A stretch of DNA of 64,000 nt from Eledone cirrhosa (Eukaryota): NCBI GenBank assembly GCA_964016885.1, contig OZ024748.1:28334001-28398000 (forward strand), read 5' to 3'. This document shows, in pieces, positions 39,836 through 54,806 of the stretch; within the stretch, counting starts at the first letter, position 1, and the number at the start of each line of letters is the position of its first letter. Position numbers and translations under genes: made by a program. The notes beneath the pieces were generated by a model. It searched no databases. It was not told where the DNA came from and saw nothing but the letters and a program-made list of their open reading frames with translations.

Positions 39836-40178
39836 AAATCCCGCCGAGGTTAACTTTGCCTTTCATCCTTACGGGGTCGATAAAATAAAGTACCAGTAAT
39901 GCACTGGTATAATTGCTGGCCTTGTGCCAAAAGTAGAAACAATTACTTTCTCTACAGGTGCCTCTCTTCCTAAATTCCAAATGTCCTGTTCACATTGGCA
40001 GTATCGGTAGAGGGTCGGACGCCATGCTTTCCAGCATAGTTACGTCCCTTTACGGTCTGAGTTCAAATCCCGTCGAGGTTAACTTTGCCTTTCATCCTTA
40101 CCGAGTCGATAAAATAAAGTACCAGTAATGAACTGAGTAATTGCTGGCCTTGTGCCAAAAGTAGAAACAATTATTATT
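39836..40178 (+). mobile_element. Two adjacent short-subfamily SINEs (39836-39945 truncated; 39996-40178 near full)
   Basis: Match to the SINE consensus. Confidence 0.9.
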
Positions 40179-40179
40179 G

Positions 40180-43100
40180 TTGCTATTATCATTTCGCTTG
40201 CTTCCAGCAACGTATATACTTCGACCTTGTTTTTCGAAGGAAAGCACGTTGGTCATTATGTCTCTCCCTCTCTCCCTACGAAAGTCATACCCTATCCCTT
40301 ACCCACCACCTCCATTCTTCTGTCTCATTCATTCATTCATTTCGAGGTTTACGAAGCCAGACACAGACTTTTGATTTCTGAAAGTCAAAATGCATTGCTA
40401 AATATTTCATTTCGAGGTTTACGAAGCTAGATGACCATCTTTGAAATCCTTGCATATTCGCCTTGTCTAATATGCCTTCTTGTACCGGCTTATTTCACAC
40501 AAATCTCCTGTGATCTTATACGCCATGATGGCTACCTGTCTCACAATTCCCTCCCGCCCACCACCTCACACCACCATAGGCTATTCGACCAATTAAACCT
40601 CAGCAACATGTCCCCACCCATTACCAGTGAACCCTACTACTGTTCTTCTAACCCTTACCAGCGCCAACAATCTCTGCCATTACTAGTACTGTCCTTCTAG
40701 CCCTGCACTAAAGAATTCTTGTTTATCGTTATCTATGGATGAGCTGAGGATAAATGGAATAACCTCGAATTAATAAATGAATATGAACACGCGAGTTACC
40801 AAGCACCCATGCGAAGCTTTAATTCAGAGACAGGTAGCATACACATACCCCCGCAAAAATTCACCCTCTTCCACGAATGATGGAAAATGCCCAAAACTCC
40901 GAGTTGGAACCATCAATGTAAGCACAACTAAACAAGGAGCAAGAGAAATTGTAGAAATGCTAGAGCGAAAGAAAATTGATGTATGCTCTGTACAAGAGAC
41001 TAGATGGAGAGGAGAGTCTGTTAGAGTCCTTGTAGGCAAAAATCAGTGCTACAAATTTTTCTGGGTGGGAAATGATAACGGGATGGGTGGTTTAGGTATA
41101 CTACTAGCTGACAAGTGGGTAGATAAGGTAATCTCAGGGAACAGAGTGAATGCAAGAATCATTAAACTCAGACTAGTCCTGAATAAAATAATTGCCACAA
41201 TCATATCATCTTACGCACCCCAATCGGGGTTGCCAGACGAACTTAAGGATAGGTTTTACGAGTCCTTAATACACACCACTGTCCTAACAAACGAAAATGA
41301 CTTCCTACTTATTGCAGGAGACTTTAACGGACACGATGGGAAACACCGTGACGGCTTCTATAGAGTCCATGGAGGCCACGGGTTTGGCACAAGAAATGAA
41401 GAAGGCTTCATGCGTCTAGAATTCTGCGACGCCAATGACATGTCGATATGTAACACAAACTTCAAAAAACCCGACAACCATCTCATCACCTATAGATCTG
41501 GGGAACATTCTAGACATAGATTTTATCGTCATTAGAGGACGAGATAGATGGACGGTTGTAAATACAAAAGCCTTCCCTGGTGAGGAATGTACTTCCCAAC
41601 ATAACTTAGTTGTCAGCGACCTCATTGTCAGAACTAGACGAACTTGGAAACAGAAGGCAACCTGGAGAAGAAAGATCTGGAAGCTGAAAGACAACTCAGC
41701 CAGTAACCGATTTAAAGGTATCTTACTCGACGCCGATCACAGTAAAGAAGAACAGATAGAGACATTCAATGTAGAAGAGCACTGGGAGTTCCTAAAAATA
41801 GCTTACTAAAGGCGACGGACGAGATCTTTGGCTGGAGCAAGACCACAGGGAGGAGGAGGGTGACTTGGTGGTGGAACAATAAGGTAGATGAGGCAATTAA
41901 GGCTAAGAGACAGGCATGGAAAGAATGGAAGCAGGGTACATTATACAGAGACCAGGAGGGAAGCTAGGCGACAAGTATACTTAGCTAGAATTAAAGCGGA
42001 GGACAGAAAATTCAAGCATGTTTTGCAGCGTGAAGACCAGAAACAGGAGGTGTTCAGGATTGCGAGGCAGTGTGTTAGAGAGAAATGTGATGTCATTGGA
42101 GAAAAGTGTGTCCGGAATGATAAAGGTGAGCTTGCCCTCACAAGTGCTGAGAAGAAAGTTGCGTGGAAGAGCCATTATGAAAGATTACTAAATGAGGAGA
42201 ATGCATGGGAGAAAAAGACCCTACCCAAAGTGGGCCCTATAGAGAGGCCAGTCGTACAAGTTAGCAGCAGCGTAGTAAGTAAGGCAATTAAAGATATGAA
42301 GACTGGGAAGGCAACCGGTCCATCGGGTATAGCTGCCGAGATGCTGAAAGCATCTGGGTCGGTAGGTCACACCATAACTATGTCTATTGTTAACCAGGTA
42401 ATACTAGAGGGTGTTATACCAAAGGATTGGTGCAGCAGCATCATTGTCAACTGCTACAAAGGTAAAGGTGAATCACTAGATAGAGGTATAAAGCTGATGG
42501 ACCAGGTCATGAAAGTAACGGAAAGAGTTATAGCACAGTTGATTAGGGACCGGGTAAAACTAGATGAGATGCAATTTTAGTTTGTGCCAGGAAAAGTCTC
42601 CACTGATGCCCTCTTCCTTGTGAGATAGTTAGAGGAAAAGTACCTAGCTAAAAGTAAGCCGCTCTACCTAGCATTTATCAATCTGGAAAAAGCCTTCGAC
42701 AGAGTGTCCCGTGCCATAATCTGGTGGGCTCTTAGAAAACTAGCAGTAGATGAATGGCTTGTGAAAGCTGTACAAGCCATGTATAGGGGAGCAGTCAGCA
42801 AAGTTAGGGTTAGCAATGACTATAGCAAGGAATTTAGTATACAGGTCGGTATCCACCAAAGCTCTGTTCTTAGCTCTCTCCTGTTCATTATAGTATTGCA
42901 GGCAATAACAGAGTAGTTTAAGACCGCATGCCCATGGGAACTTCTATATGCGGATGATCTCACATGTATAGCTAAATCTATGGTGGAACTAAAGAAGACA
43001 TTCCAAACATGGAAGCAGGGACTAGAAAGAAAGGATCTCAAAGTCAACTTGACAAAGACTAAGGTCCTCGTAAGTAGACGAGAAAACAGAACCCAGATCC

Positions 43101-43316
43101 CCTCGGGGAAATGGTCTTGCTCAGTATATAGGAAACGTGTAGGTAGGAACTCCATCCTCTGCCCCAAATGCAAACAATGGATACACAAGAGATGTAGTGG
43201 GATCTCAGGAAGCTAAGAATGTAGGCTTTACATGTAGCAGCTACGCCGGGACAGCAAGCAGCAAATGGCCACGGGAAACAAGTACCACCAAACTCTGGGA
43301 GGGCTCTGTAGAAACA
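40180..43316 (+). mobile_element. RTE-clade LINE, decayed, copy 2 (putative 5'UTR, APE, RT; 3'-truncated)
   Basis: 'LRVGTINV', 'VQETRW', 'GDFNGH', 'NLEKAFDRV', 'LLYADDL', 'CKQWIHKRC'; closely similar to copy 1; 5' boundary uncertain. Confidence 0.93.
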
Positions 43317-45210
43317 ACAACACAGAGGGACAAAAAGTCCTATTAGTTTCACGCTTTATATGGAAAAAGCGAAAGAAAGTTTGATGTGTCTGGCTTAAGC
43401 CCTTCTTCAGGGGTACAAAGAGACAGGATCACAAAGGATTGATACAAAAAATAATAGATATATATAAGTTGCAACTGTCTGTCAGCAGATCAATGGAAAT
43501 ATTATTTCCTTGGTCCAATCCGGTAATCACCTTCTTTTACTTTCCATCTATTAGATAAACTTATCTTGCCCTGACCAATACATACCTACCAGGTATGTGA
43601 TAGGTAGTTGATAAGAATAACTTATAACCTTATAATTTCAGTTCCCCCATCACCATCTATACTTTTTCCTCTAAAAATATGTCTAGATACTACTGCTGAC
43701 AAATTTCTGTACTGACATCATGTTTGCTGGATTTACTATTCTTTACTCTTATACCTCCATTGCTATATTGATAATTAATTATTTTCACACACTCAGATTA
43801 TTCTGTCACTATCTTTAAATGGACCACTTTTTAGACTTTACATATATATATAATATGTAAAAGTGTGTGTTTAGTGTAATAATTAATATGTGATTAGGGA
43901 AATTTATATTTATATAATAATATGTTTAATGTTTAAACAATAAGGCCCAAGGAATAGAGAACACATGTAAGATATATATTATCTAAAATAAAATTATCTG
44001 TTCAGTTATGAAACCAAAGGATAGCCGCCATAATATTGTGTAAATGCAAACACATATATATGTGTATGTGTACAGGAAAAACAACAAAAACAAACCTCTA
44101 TGGGCTTTCATTCAAGGGTCATATCTAGAATATTTTTGTTAGGGCATGACTTACTCTGGGCACTCATTATCTGTTGAGCTCCCTTCTTTTTTGACCTGGC
44201 AAGGACTTCTCAAACGACACACTGCTGTGTATTTATAGTGTTTTGTTTATCTCATCATTTTTCTCAATTCCATTCCATCTGCCTTTTATCTTACCCATCA
44301 ACGCCCCTGCTAGATAATGCTGTGTACCTGGTTGGTTATACTTTTTTCATTTACATTTTGTTACCCACTCGTTCACCTTGCCGTTTGGTCCATACATTTG
44401 ATCCCACTTCTGATTCATGAAATATACAAGACCCTATTTCTAGTTCAGCAGTTTCCAGCCAGGGATCCACAAAGTTATTACTCGAAGATCCATGAACTAA
44501 ATTCAAAATTTCAAGTAGTTTATTAAAACCATACTATGTACATACTATTGATTCTTCTTTAAGTACAAACATTTCTCTCTTTTGATTGTTATTCTCTGAT
44601 ATAACAATCAGGAAGGGGAGTAAGTGTAACCAGGGGGAGGGGGTCTGGGAGGATATTCATTACCAAGATGGTAATGACATCAACATTATCAGTTATATCC
44701 ACCGTATATCACAACCACTTCTAACATCAACATTATCAATTTTACCCACTGTAAATCACAACCACTTCTATCAACATTATCAACTATATATTGCAGACTA
44801 TCCCCTCACTCAAGGATAAAACAAAGGTCTTTGAACCCCATGCCTCTTCCCACATCCTCAGGTTACCTTGACTTTATTCCTTTATCCTTTATTGGTCTTC
44901 CAGTTTCTCTCTATCTCCCACATTTCCAGTTTTTTTAGTGGGTAGGGTCTGCTTCCCAAATCTTTCCCGCAACCTTTGTTTTTAAGGTGTCATGCTGTGT
45001 TGTAGTGTTCATTAGTCTATACCAGGAATTATTCAGTCATTTCCCATTCCAGTTCTGATTGCCTCTGTTTCTCTCACAATCATTCCGTTGGTATGCTGTT
45101 AAAAATATTTTGCCCAAAATGAAGGTTTAAGATACAGAAAATCTCAACCAAATCTGAAAACTTTGCTCCCCAAATTCCCAAACATGGAACCAACTAATAA
45201 AATATTTAGA

Positions 45211-45420
45211 TGCCTTCTAATAAAAATAATTGTTTCTACTTTTGGTACAAGGCCAGCAATTACTCAGTACATTACTGGTACTTTATTTTATCGACCCCGT
45301 AAGGATGAAAGGTAAAGTTGACCTCGGCGGGATTTTAACTCAGAATAGAAAGGGCCGTAACTCTATGCGTCAAAGCATGGTGTCTGACCCTCTACCGATA
45401 CTGCCTTCTAATAAAAATAA
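45211..45420 (-). mobile_element. SINE on minus strand with target-site duplication
   Basis: 'tgccttctaataaaa' at 45211 and 45402 flanks the reverse-complement SINE. Confidence 0.9.
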
Positions 45421-45919
45421 TGAAGCAGAAGACGATAATATTAAAAATTGATGTTTTGTTGCAATTCTGTTGTTGCTCACATCTGGAAATTTAAAGAATT
45501 CGCAGTTAATTATCTTCCAGCTCAACATTGTTTTTACTTTAGTTGGCCAAACATGTGTATGTATGTATGTATGTATGTATGTATGTATGTATGTATGTAT
45601 GTATGTATGTATGTATGTATGTATGTATGTATGTATGTTACCGATGATGTTGATCGTTTCTTCTTTTCGGGTTATAGCTACTGTCGCTCAGAGAGTGGGA
45701 TTGGCTCAGTGCACAGTCTTTCCTCACTTTAAAAATATCTTCATGCACAGGCATTGCACGATAGAATTAATTAATAATTATTAATAATGCTATATCGTGC
45801 AATGGCCATACTCGATAACGAGGGAGCAGCCATCATCATATATGTATTTATGTATGTATGTATGCATGCATGTATGTATTTAAGTATATATATATATACA
45901 CATACACACGCATTTATAT

Positions 45920-46100
45920 ATAGGAAAATGTTCAAGACCCCGACGGCAGAGCTCAAGCCGTTTCGACGGCTATTTCGTCGAAACGGCTTGAGCTCTGCCG
46001 TCGGGATCTTCAACATTGTCCTATTATCCACTCTACTACCCTAAGTATTGAGTAGTCTGGTGCGTTATGGTCCATCTGGTTCCTTACCACACTTCCTTCG
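45920..46100. mobile_element. Miniature palindrome of a hammerhead 3' half plus one-sided tail
   Basis: 45920-45968 inverted as 45976-46024, loop 'gctattt'; each arm reads GAA acggc/gccgt C (GUC triplet); no CUGAnGA. Confidence 0.75.
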
Positions 46101-47550
46101 TTATATATATATATAAATGTAATCTGAGTTTTTCGAATATTAATAATAATATTCGATTCGTTTGCAATTATGCAACCAAGCCACTTTTATAAAGCCATGT
46201 CAGTAGAATGAGCCACTCATTCTTGCTCTTGTGCTGGCAGCTCTTGTGTTGGCATGTAAACAGAACTGCAGACACTAATGCTTCTGGGTATTACCCTTCA
46301 TCAGTACAGTTCACTGTTCACCTGCAGAGTGTGACTGCAGAGTGTTCAACTGTCAGAGCTAGTGAAAATATATGTTATTTTCTAAAATATACAGTGACTG
46401 ATCGGCCTGATTTGCATATATAGCAGACTGGCTGATCAGTCAGATCTGCATTTTAGCAGATATACACCCAGTATATTACACTTACCCATACAGTAACCAG
46501 CACCTTCTCTCGCCCATACAGGCCACATCTGCCAACTACCACTCGCCTGACCGTTCCTTGCCCTCTTGACTGCTATCTTCTCTCTCTCTCGCATCCTTCG
46601 CCCTGCCTTCTCCACCCCTGCCTTGACCTTCTTGACCACTTCCTGTTGCGCGCGCCCCTCAACTTGCTACCTCCTCCTCACCAATTCCACGGATCCTACA
46701 CCGCTGGTCACACTCTCTGGACATCCACCATTTAATACCCGGATTTTCACCATCTGTCCACACACTCACCGGAAAAACATTCAGGAACACACATATACAC
46801 AAACGCTTACACCATTTTCGCACACACGTAACCATACATTCCCACGTATCCACACCACACAAAAACACACACACACACGTACACGTACACACATACACAC
46901 ACACCACCTTCCGTCCTCCCCGCTGGGTCCCCCATTTTCCTTCTCCCCTCTCCCTCCCCTTCCATACACCCACCACCACCTCTACAATGCACACCCTTTC
47001 TCCACTTGTTTTCATTTTAATTTTTTTCCTTCATTTTAATTTTCCCCCCATCACCCCCCTCGGAACTCTTTTTTTTTTAAAATACCTTCTATTTGCTTTT
47101 TAAAATTTTTTCTAAGCATCTGGCATGCTATTATAAAAAAAATAGCTTTTTATATATTTTTTAAAAGTCTAATTGGCTGTGTGAGGTGTGTGCAACCTTA
47201 TATGGTCACGTTCATAGTCACATGACCAAAATGAGCCTCTCTATTTCTCTCTCTTTAGCATGTATGTTTGCTTATGTCTTTGTATCAATATACGGATGTA
47301 TGTGGTTTTCATCTATGTTTCTGTATTGTTCCAATTTATTTCCAGTCCTACTTAACGATGTACTCTCTTTAAAATAAAACATAAAAAAACATCTAAAGAA
47401 GTAACCCCTTTTGATTATTTCTTCTCTATCTTCCATTTTATTATTACATCCTCTGTTTCTTGTTTTTTACACGCAGAAATGCCCATTTGTACCGTCCTGT
47501 ACTGTCCTTAATGTCTACTTTATGTAAACCCTTGTGGTTAATAAAGAAAG

Positions 47551-47617
<67 letters not shown>

Positions 47618-47764
47618 GCCATCATCATCATCATCATCATCATTACCATGGGCTGGCAGAATCACTAGTGCATGAAGAGAAAAATGTCCTGTGAAATTTA
47701 GTTAAGACACTTTATATTCTGAGTTCAAATCTCATCAAGGTCAACTTTGCCATTCATCTTTCCA

Positions 47765-47870
47765 TCTTTATATATATAAAAGCGAGGATGTGTGTGTGTC
47801 TGTGTACAACTTTGTATGCATAAGGCTTTCACAATTACCAACTGAATTTGACCAAATTTTCTGTGCACGT
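47765..47870 (+). mobile_element. Helitron-like 5' fragment
   Basis: 'tctttatatatataaaagcgaggatgtgtgt' resembles the 5' end at 60536. Confidence 0.55.
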
Positions 47871-48627
47871 CGTGAAAAATCATCAGGAAGCTGACTGTCC
47901 AAGTAAATATGGTGGTATTTATATATTTTCTGGTGGTAGGAGAGGGTGGGGAGTGGGATGGGTGGAGGTCATTGGTTGAAAGAAAAGGGAATTCATTAAA
48001 AGCTAATTCTTTAAAGCTATAATTTATATTTAGAGTGACAAAGGCAGAAAGAATTCTATAAACAAGTTCAAATTGGAGTGCCACTCCTTATTTTAAAGTT
48101 TCTCTTAAGCTAACAAGGCCTATATTTCAGGTGTCTATAAGATGGTTGGAGGTCAGTCGTGGTTGATGGGTTGAAAGAAAGGGGAATTCTTTAAAAGCTA
48201 ATTCTTTAAAGCTCTACTTAGAGTGACAAAGGCAGAAATAATTCTATAAATAAGTTCAAATTTTGGGTGCCTCTCCTTATTGTCAAGTTTCTTTTAAGCT
48301 ATATTTCAGGTGTCTACAAGCACATTCACACACACACACACACACAGATAAATATATGTATATATATATACATATATGTATATATATATACATATACACA
48401 CACACACATACATGTACATATATATATATACATATACATACATACATATATATATATATAAATATATGTATATATATATATATATATATATACACATACG
48501 CATATATATATGTATATACACACATACACACATATCTAAATATACATATACATATACATATACAAACATATACACATATACACACATACAAACATATACA
48601 TATATACACACACATATATATATATAC

Positions 48628-48717
<90 letters not shown>

Positions 48718-49331
48718 TGTGTATGTGTATGTGTGTATATATGTATATATATATACATATATGTATATATATATACATATATGTATATATATATACATAT
48801 ATTTATCTGTGTGTGTGTGTGTGTGTGTGTGAATGTGCTTGTAGACACCTGAAATATAGCTTAAAAGAAACTTGACAATAAGGAGAGGCACCCAAAATTT
48901 GAACTTATTTATAGAATTATTTCTGCCTTTGTCACTCTAAGTAGAGCTTTAAAGAATTAGCTTTTAAAGAATTCCCCTTTCTTTCAACCCATCAACCACG
49001 ACTGACCTCCAACCATCTTATACACACCTGAAATATAGGCATTGTTAGCTTAAGAGAAACTTTAAAATAAGGAGTGGCACTCCAATTTGAACTTGTTTAT
49101 AGAATTCTTTCTGCCTTTGTCACTCTAAATATAAATTATAGCTTTAAAGAATTAGCTTTTAATGAATTCCCTTTTCTTTCAACCAATGACCTCCACCCAT
49201 CCCACTCCCCACCCTCTCCTACCACCAGAAAAGATATAAATACCACCATATTCACTTGGACAGTCAGCTTCCTGATGATTTCTCACGAATGAAACAGTTC
49301 TAGTCCTAAGAAGTTCGTCTATATTAAAACT
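47870..49331. mobile_element. Palindromic PLE family E remnant centred on a (TA)n tract
   Basis: ~47870-48410 inverted as ~48745-49290; each arm has the internal ~190-bp duplication also seen at 28280-28660; left HHR cut at 47870. Confidence 0.88.
49266..49315 (+). ncRNA. Hammerhead motif, family E
   Basis: agcttc/gaagtt helix I (covaries with agattc/gaatct); CTGATGA; GAAAC; cleavage-site side decayed ('ctaa' for 'ctgta'). Confidence 0.6.
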
Positions 49332-49539
49332 GTATATAATATATGTATAAATGCATATAATATATATATATATATTTCGTTTCTGAATTTGTTTAGCAAG
49401 ATTCTTTATCTGAAAACGTGTGTTGAAACCGATATTGTTATGCTTTGAGAGGTCATGTTGCCAATAAGAAACACACGCACCAGTGCTTTCACTTCAATTT
49501 ATTATAAATTAAATTTATAAATTTAGGAATTTATAAATT

Positions 49540-49860
49540 TCCGGTTAGTTGGTTGGTTCCACAACCAGACGATTGTTCATATATTATCAAAGTTCTTTCG
49601 TCACACATTCTGTGACCTCTTCAGTGACTGGTGATTCTTTTCTTTGTTTTTGTGCCTCCCCTTTGTTCTGTCCTACGCCATCTTGTTTTTGTGTGTGTTG
49701 TGTGCTTAGTTTGCGCATGTGTTACATCCGGGTGTCTGTGTGTGTTATATTTGTTTATTTATTTGTTTATTTACATGTTACTGGTTGATTGTTTGTTCTA
49801 TGTGTGTGTTTTTATTTTGTCCTTAATTGTAAGTTGTGATGTTGCTATTCCGTTCTTGAA
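49540..49860 (-). mobile_element. Diverged family C-related PLE terminal repeat
   Basis: Shares 'aagatggcgtagga', 'gcatgcgc'-like and HHR blocks with family C. Confidence 0.65.
49586..49628 (-). ncRNA. Hammerhead motif, family C-related
   Basis: gtca CTGAAGA g gtcaca gaatg tgtgac GAAA gaactt tgat; helix I gtca/tgat. Confidence 0.72.
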
Positions 49861-49876
49861 TGTATATATGTATACA

Positions 49877-49976
<100 letters not shown>

Positions 49977-50040
49977 CATATATATGTATGTATAATCTAT
50001 CTATCTATCTATATATATTATATATATATATACATGTATG

Positions 50041-50079
<39 letters not shown>

Positions 50080-50128
50080 TATATATTGACCACTAGATTA
50101 AACAACGGTCACAGCATATTTCTCTCTG

Positions 50129-50164
<36 letters not shown>

Positions 50165-50202
50165 GCACATATATATATATATATTATATATATGTATGTA
50201 TG

Positions 50203-50256
<54 letters not shown>

Positions 50257-50282
50257 ATATATATATGTATTATATATATATA

Positions 50283-50347
<65 letters not shown>

Positions 50348-50392
50348 GAAAATAAACCAAAGAAGCCTTCAATACATCAAAAGTCTTTATTA

Positions 50393-50430
50393 GCCAACAA
50401 TGTTTCGTCCTATTAAGGACTCATCAGGGC
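50393..50430 (-). ncRNA. Canonical minimal type I hammerhead ribozyme
   Basis: Mirror of 54769-54806. Confidence 0.88.
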
Positions 50431-52227
50431 AATTAAAGCTATAAGAAGCACTATCAGCCAATACAAGCCAAAAACTCAGAAGAATATGGAGTGTACATAC
50501 AATAAAACATAAGGAAAATTATCGGGTAAAAATTATCAAGTAAAAATTGCTAAGGAAGTGAATAACATTTTGAACCATATTACAAATATAGTCCAATGCA
50601 AAAACTAAAGCTAAACAAAGGTGGTGATATAGAGCGGGAATTATTGTACTATATATAATATAATATAATATAATATAAAATAATATAATTGATAATGACA
50701 ATAATAATAATAATATTAAAAATAATAAAAACGATATTAAAAGGCCCAATATACATATATATATATATATATATATACATATGTATACATATATACATAT
50801 ATATCAATACACATTTCCATCAATACAAGCACAGACTAACCCTTATTAAGAGTTTATATATAAATAAGAATAATAATAAGAAGAAGAATAAAAATAAAAA
50901 TAGAAATGAAAATAAAAATATAATTCATATATTAATCACAGTATAAAGTGAAGAAGAAATGATTAAAAGTAAACATAATATATTATAATAAACTATATAA
51001 TTATATAATTATATAATTATATAATTATATAATAGATAATATCCGGTTAATTTACACAAACAATATAAATGTTACAATAATACTATAATAACAATATTTT
51101 AATATAATGGCATATAACTTAATAAATCATATAGAGTTACAGACCGGGTGAGAAAAAATATTGTACAGAACTAAATTATGTTGGAAAAATTATGTTGGAA
51201 AAATATCAAAACCATTGCAAGAAAACAGATGGAGGTCACATTTCTCTACAATTGGTGTAAATAAATATTATCCAAACATTACAAAAATTATAAAAGTATA
51301 AACATATTACAGAATTTACAAAATTTAACATAACATAATGGTACATTTAATAATCGGTAAATAATAAAGATCAGTAGTACGTTTACAAAGCGTGGAATGA
51401 TATAAAAATTTCAATATAAAATATTGAACATAGTATAATATACATAATTACGTGGTTGGTGGACAGACATTTATGAATAAGTGAATAAGAACCAGACAGA
51501 AAACTACGCACGGTAGTATAAATATATAAATAAAATCAACCGGAAATCGAAAAACAAAAACAAAAGTATTTACTTAGGTGTCACATGCAGTTAAGTAAAA
51601 AATTTAGGAAACAAACCCGGATAAATGACTAGAAAACCCTATTAAATTAATTAATATTGAAAGTATTTAAAATACATAATAAGTCAATACAAAATTAGCT
51701 ATGGTTTAAGTAATCAAAAACTCCAAAGTTTAAGATATCGCTATAAAAATATGTGGAAAGAATGAAATATTCAACTATCAGTTGAATAACGTTATCTAAT
51801 AAACGGACTTTAAGTATAATTATGGTAGGCCAATGGGGACAGAAAAAAGAAATGTATGGCGGATACGAAGGAGCATAAAATCATAATCAATATACTGTAT
51901 TATACAATAGAAAGGAGCATAAAAGGGAATTGAATATAATTATAGTATATTTGAAGGGGAGAATGACAAGTGTGTGTGGGGGGGGGGGGGGTTAATTATC
52001 CAAAGAAGAATCCAAATAAAATAAAATAAAATAATATAAAATAAAATATATAATCAGATATAAACTCATAAGGTGTTAATAGTGAAAATATAATATAGAT
52101 ATGGTATGGTAGCCAAAGGACTATGAAAACTAGAATGAAAAGCTGTTAAAAACCAATAATAATAATAATGATAATGATGGTGGTAAACAAAATGAACCTA
52201 AACTAAAAAGCTAAGGGAATATAGCAG

Positions 52228-52918
52228 CTAATGGATACAATTTACACTACTAGAACCTTTAGGTTTATAATAAAAGTAAGAATTTGAAATGGCGTGGGGG
52301 CAAGAAGAGAATATCTCAGACTTTCTATTAAGTAAGGTTTCCCTAGAGAAAATTATAGAGTGGGTCTCAAGGATACAGAGATTACAAAATTTAGTATGTG
52401 TTGAAAGGTTATTAGAGCGTGCTACTATTCGCCAATTAAGGCTATATGGTATATTAGCCCCCTTAAGATCCCAGATATGGTGTGCTAAAGAAGTAGAATT
52501 CTTAAACCTAACATGTTTAAAATTAGAGATATGAGAATTAAACCCAGTCTTAAAAGTGTTAGATGTAGAGCCTATATATGTACTATTAGAGTTTAATTCT
52601 GGGTTTAATTCTCATATCTCTAATTTTAAACATGTTAGGTTTAAGAATTCTACTTCTTTAGCACACCATATCTGGGATCTTAAGGGGGCTAATATACCAT
52701 ATAGCCTTAATTGGCGAATAGTAGCACGCTCTAATAACCTTTCAACACATACTAAATTTTGTAATCTCTGTATCCTTGAGACCCACTCTATAATTTTCTC
52801 TAGGGAAACCTTACTTAATAGAAAGTCTGAGATATTCTCTTCTTGCCCCCACGCCATTTCAAATTCTTACTTTTATTATAAACCTAAAGGTTCTAGTAGT
52901 GTAAATTGTATCCATTAG
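52228..52918. pseudogene. Divergent pair of Naiad GIY-YIG C-terminal fragments
   Basis: Minus 52228-52598 'STYIGSTSNTFKTGFNSH...'; plus 52599-52918 '...STSLAHHIWDLK...CNLCILE...LLNRKSEIFSSCPH'. Confidence 0.9.
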
Positions 52919-53780
52919 CTGCTATATTCCCTTATCTTTTTAGTTTAGGTTCATTTTGTTTACCACCATCATTATCATTATTATTATTATTGGTTTTTAA
53001 CAGCTTTTCATTCTAGTTTTCATAGTCCTTTGGCTACCATACCATATCTATATTATATTTTCACTATTAACACCTTATGAGTTTATATCTGATTATATAT
53101 TTTATTTTATATTATTTTATTTTATTTTATTTGGATTCTTCTTTGGATAATTAACCCCCCCCCCCCACACACACACACACTTGTCATTCGCCCCTTCAAA
53201 TATACTATAATTATATTCAATTCCCTTTTATGCTCCTTTCTATTGTATAATACAGTATATTGATTATGATTTTATGCTCCTTCGTATCCGCCATACATTT
53301 CTTTTTTCTGTCCCCATTGGCCTACCATAATTATACTTAAAGTCCGTTTATTAGATAATGTTATTCAACTGATAGTTGAATATTTCATTCTTTCCACATA
53401 TTTTTATAGCGATATCTTAAACTTTGGAGTTTTTGATTACTTAAACCATAGCTAATTTTGTATTGACTTATTATGTATTTTAAATACTTTCAATATTAAT
53501 TAATTTAATAGGGTTTTCTAGTCATTTATCCGGGTTTGTTTCCTAAATTTTTTACTTAACTGCATGTGACACCTAAGTAAATACTTTTGTTTTTGTTTTT
53601 CGATTTCCGGTTGATTTTATTTATATATTTATACTACCGTGCGTAGTTTTCTGTCTGGTTCTTATTCACTTATTCATAAATGTTTGTCCACCAACCACGT
53701 AATTATGTATATTATACTATGTTCAATATTTTATATTGAAATTTTTATATCATTCCACGCTTTGTAAACGTACTACTGAT

Positions 53781-53857
53781 TACGGGCTCGATAAAATAAA
53801 GTACCAGTAATGCACTGGGTAATTGCTGGCCTTGTGCCTAAAGTAGAAACAATTATT
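53781..53857 (+). mobile_element. SINE 3' fragment inserted in the right palindrome arm only
   Basis: Absent from the mirror site (~51355-51375). Confidence 0.92.
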
Positions 53858-54768
53858 TACCGATTATTAAATGTACCATTATGTTATCTTAAATTTTGTA
53901 AATTCTGTAATATGTTTATACTTTTATAATTTTTGTAATGTTTGGATAATATTTATTTACACCAATTGTAGAGAAATGTGACCTCCATCTGTTTTCTTGC
54001 AATGGTTTTGATATTTTTCCAACATAATTTAGTTCTGTACAATATTTTTTCTCACCCGGTCTGTAACTCTATATGATTTGTTAAGTTATATGCCATTATA
54101 TTAAAATATTGTTATTATAGTATTATTGTAACATTTATATTGTTTGTGTAAATTAACCGGATATTATCTATTATATAATTATATAATTATATAGTTTATT
54201 ATAATATATTATATGTTTACTTTTAATCATTTCTTCTTCACTTTATACTGTGATTAATATATGAATTATATTTTTATTTTCATTTCTATTTTTATTTTTA
54301 TTCTTCTTCTTCTTATTATTCTTATTATTATTATTATTATTATTTATATTTAAACTCTTAATAAGGGTTAGTTTGTGCTTGTATTGATGGAAATGTGTAT
54401 TGATATATATGTATATATGTGTACATATGTATATATATATATATGTATATTGGGCCTTTTAATATCGTTTTTATTATTTTTAATATTATTATTATTATTG
54501 TCATTATCAATTATATTATTTTATATTATATTATATTATATTATATATAGTACAATAATTCCCGCTCTATATCACCACCTTTGTTTAGCTTTAGTTTTTG
54601 CATTGGACTATATTTGTAATATGGTTCAAAATGTTATTCACTTCCTTAGCAATTTTTACTTGATAATTTTTACCCGATAATTTTCCTTATGTTTTATTGT
54701 ATGTACACTCCATATTCTTCTGAGTTTTTGGCTTGTATTGGCCGATAGTGCTTCTTATAGCTTTAATT

Positions 54769-54806
54769 GCCCTGATGAGTCCTTAATAGGACGAAACATT
54801 GTTGGC
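54769..54806 (+). ncRNA. Canonical minimal type I hammerhead ribozyme
   Basis: gcc CTGATGA gtcct taat aggac GAAAC att GTT ggc, then AATAAA. Confidence 0.88.

Noticed and set aside
46436-47039. C-rich ORFs (157 aa + and overlapping minus ORFs)
   Set aside because: No recognisable motif; they run into CA repeats. Probably an unidentified repeat fragment.
49410-49485. CTGAAAA followed by a cgtgtgtt/aacacacg stem
   Set aside because: No GAAA after the stem and no helix I.
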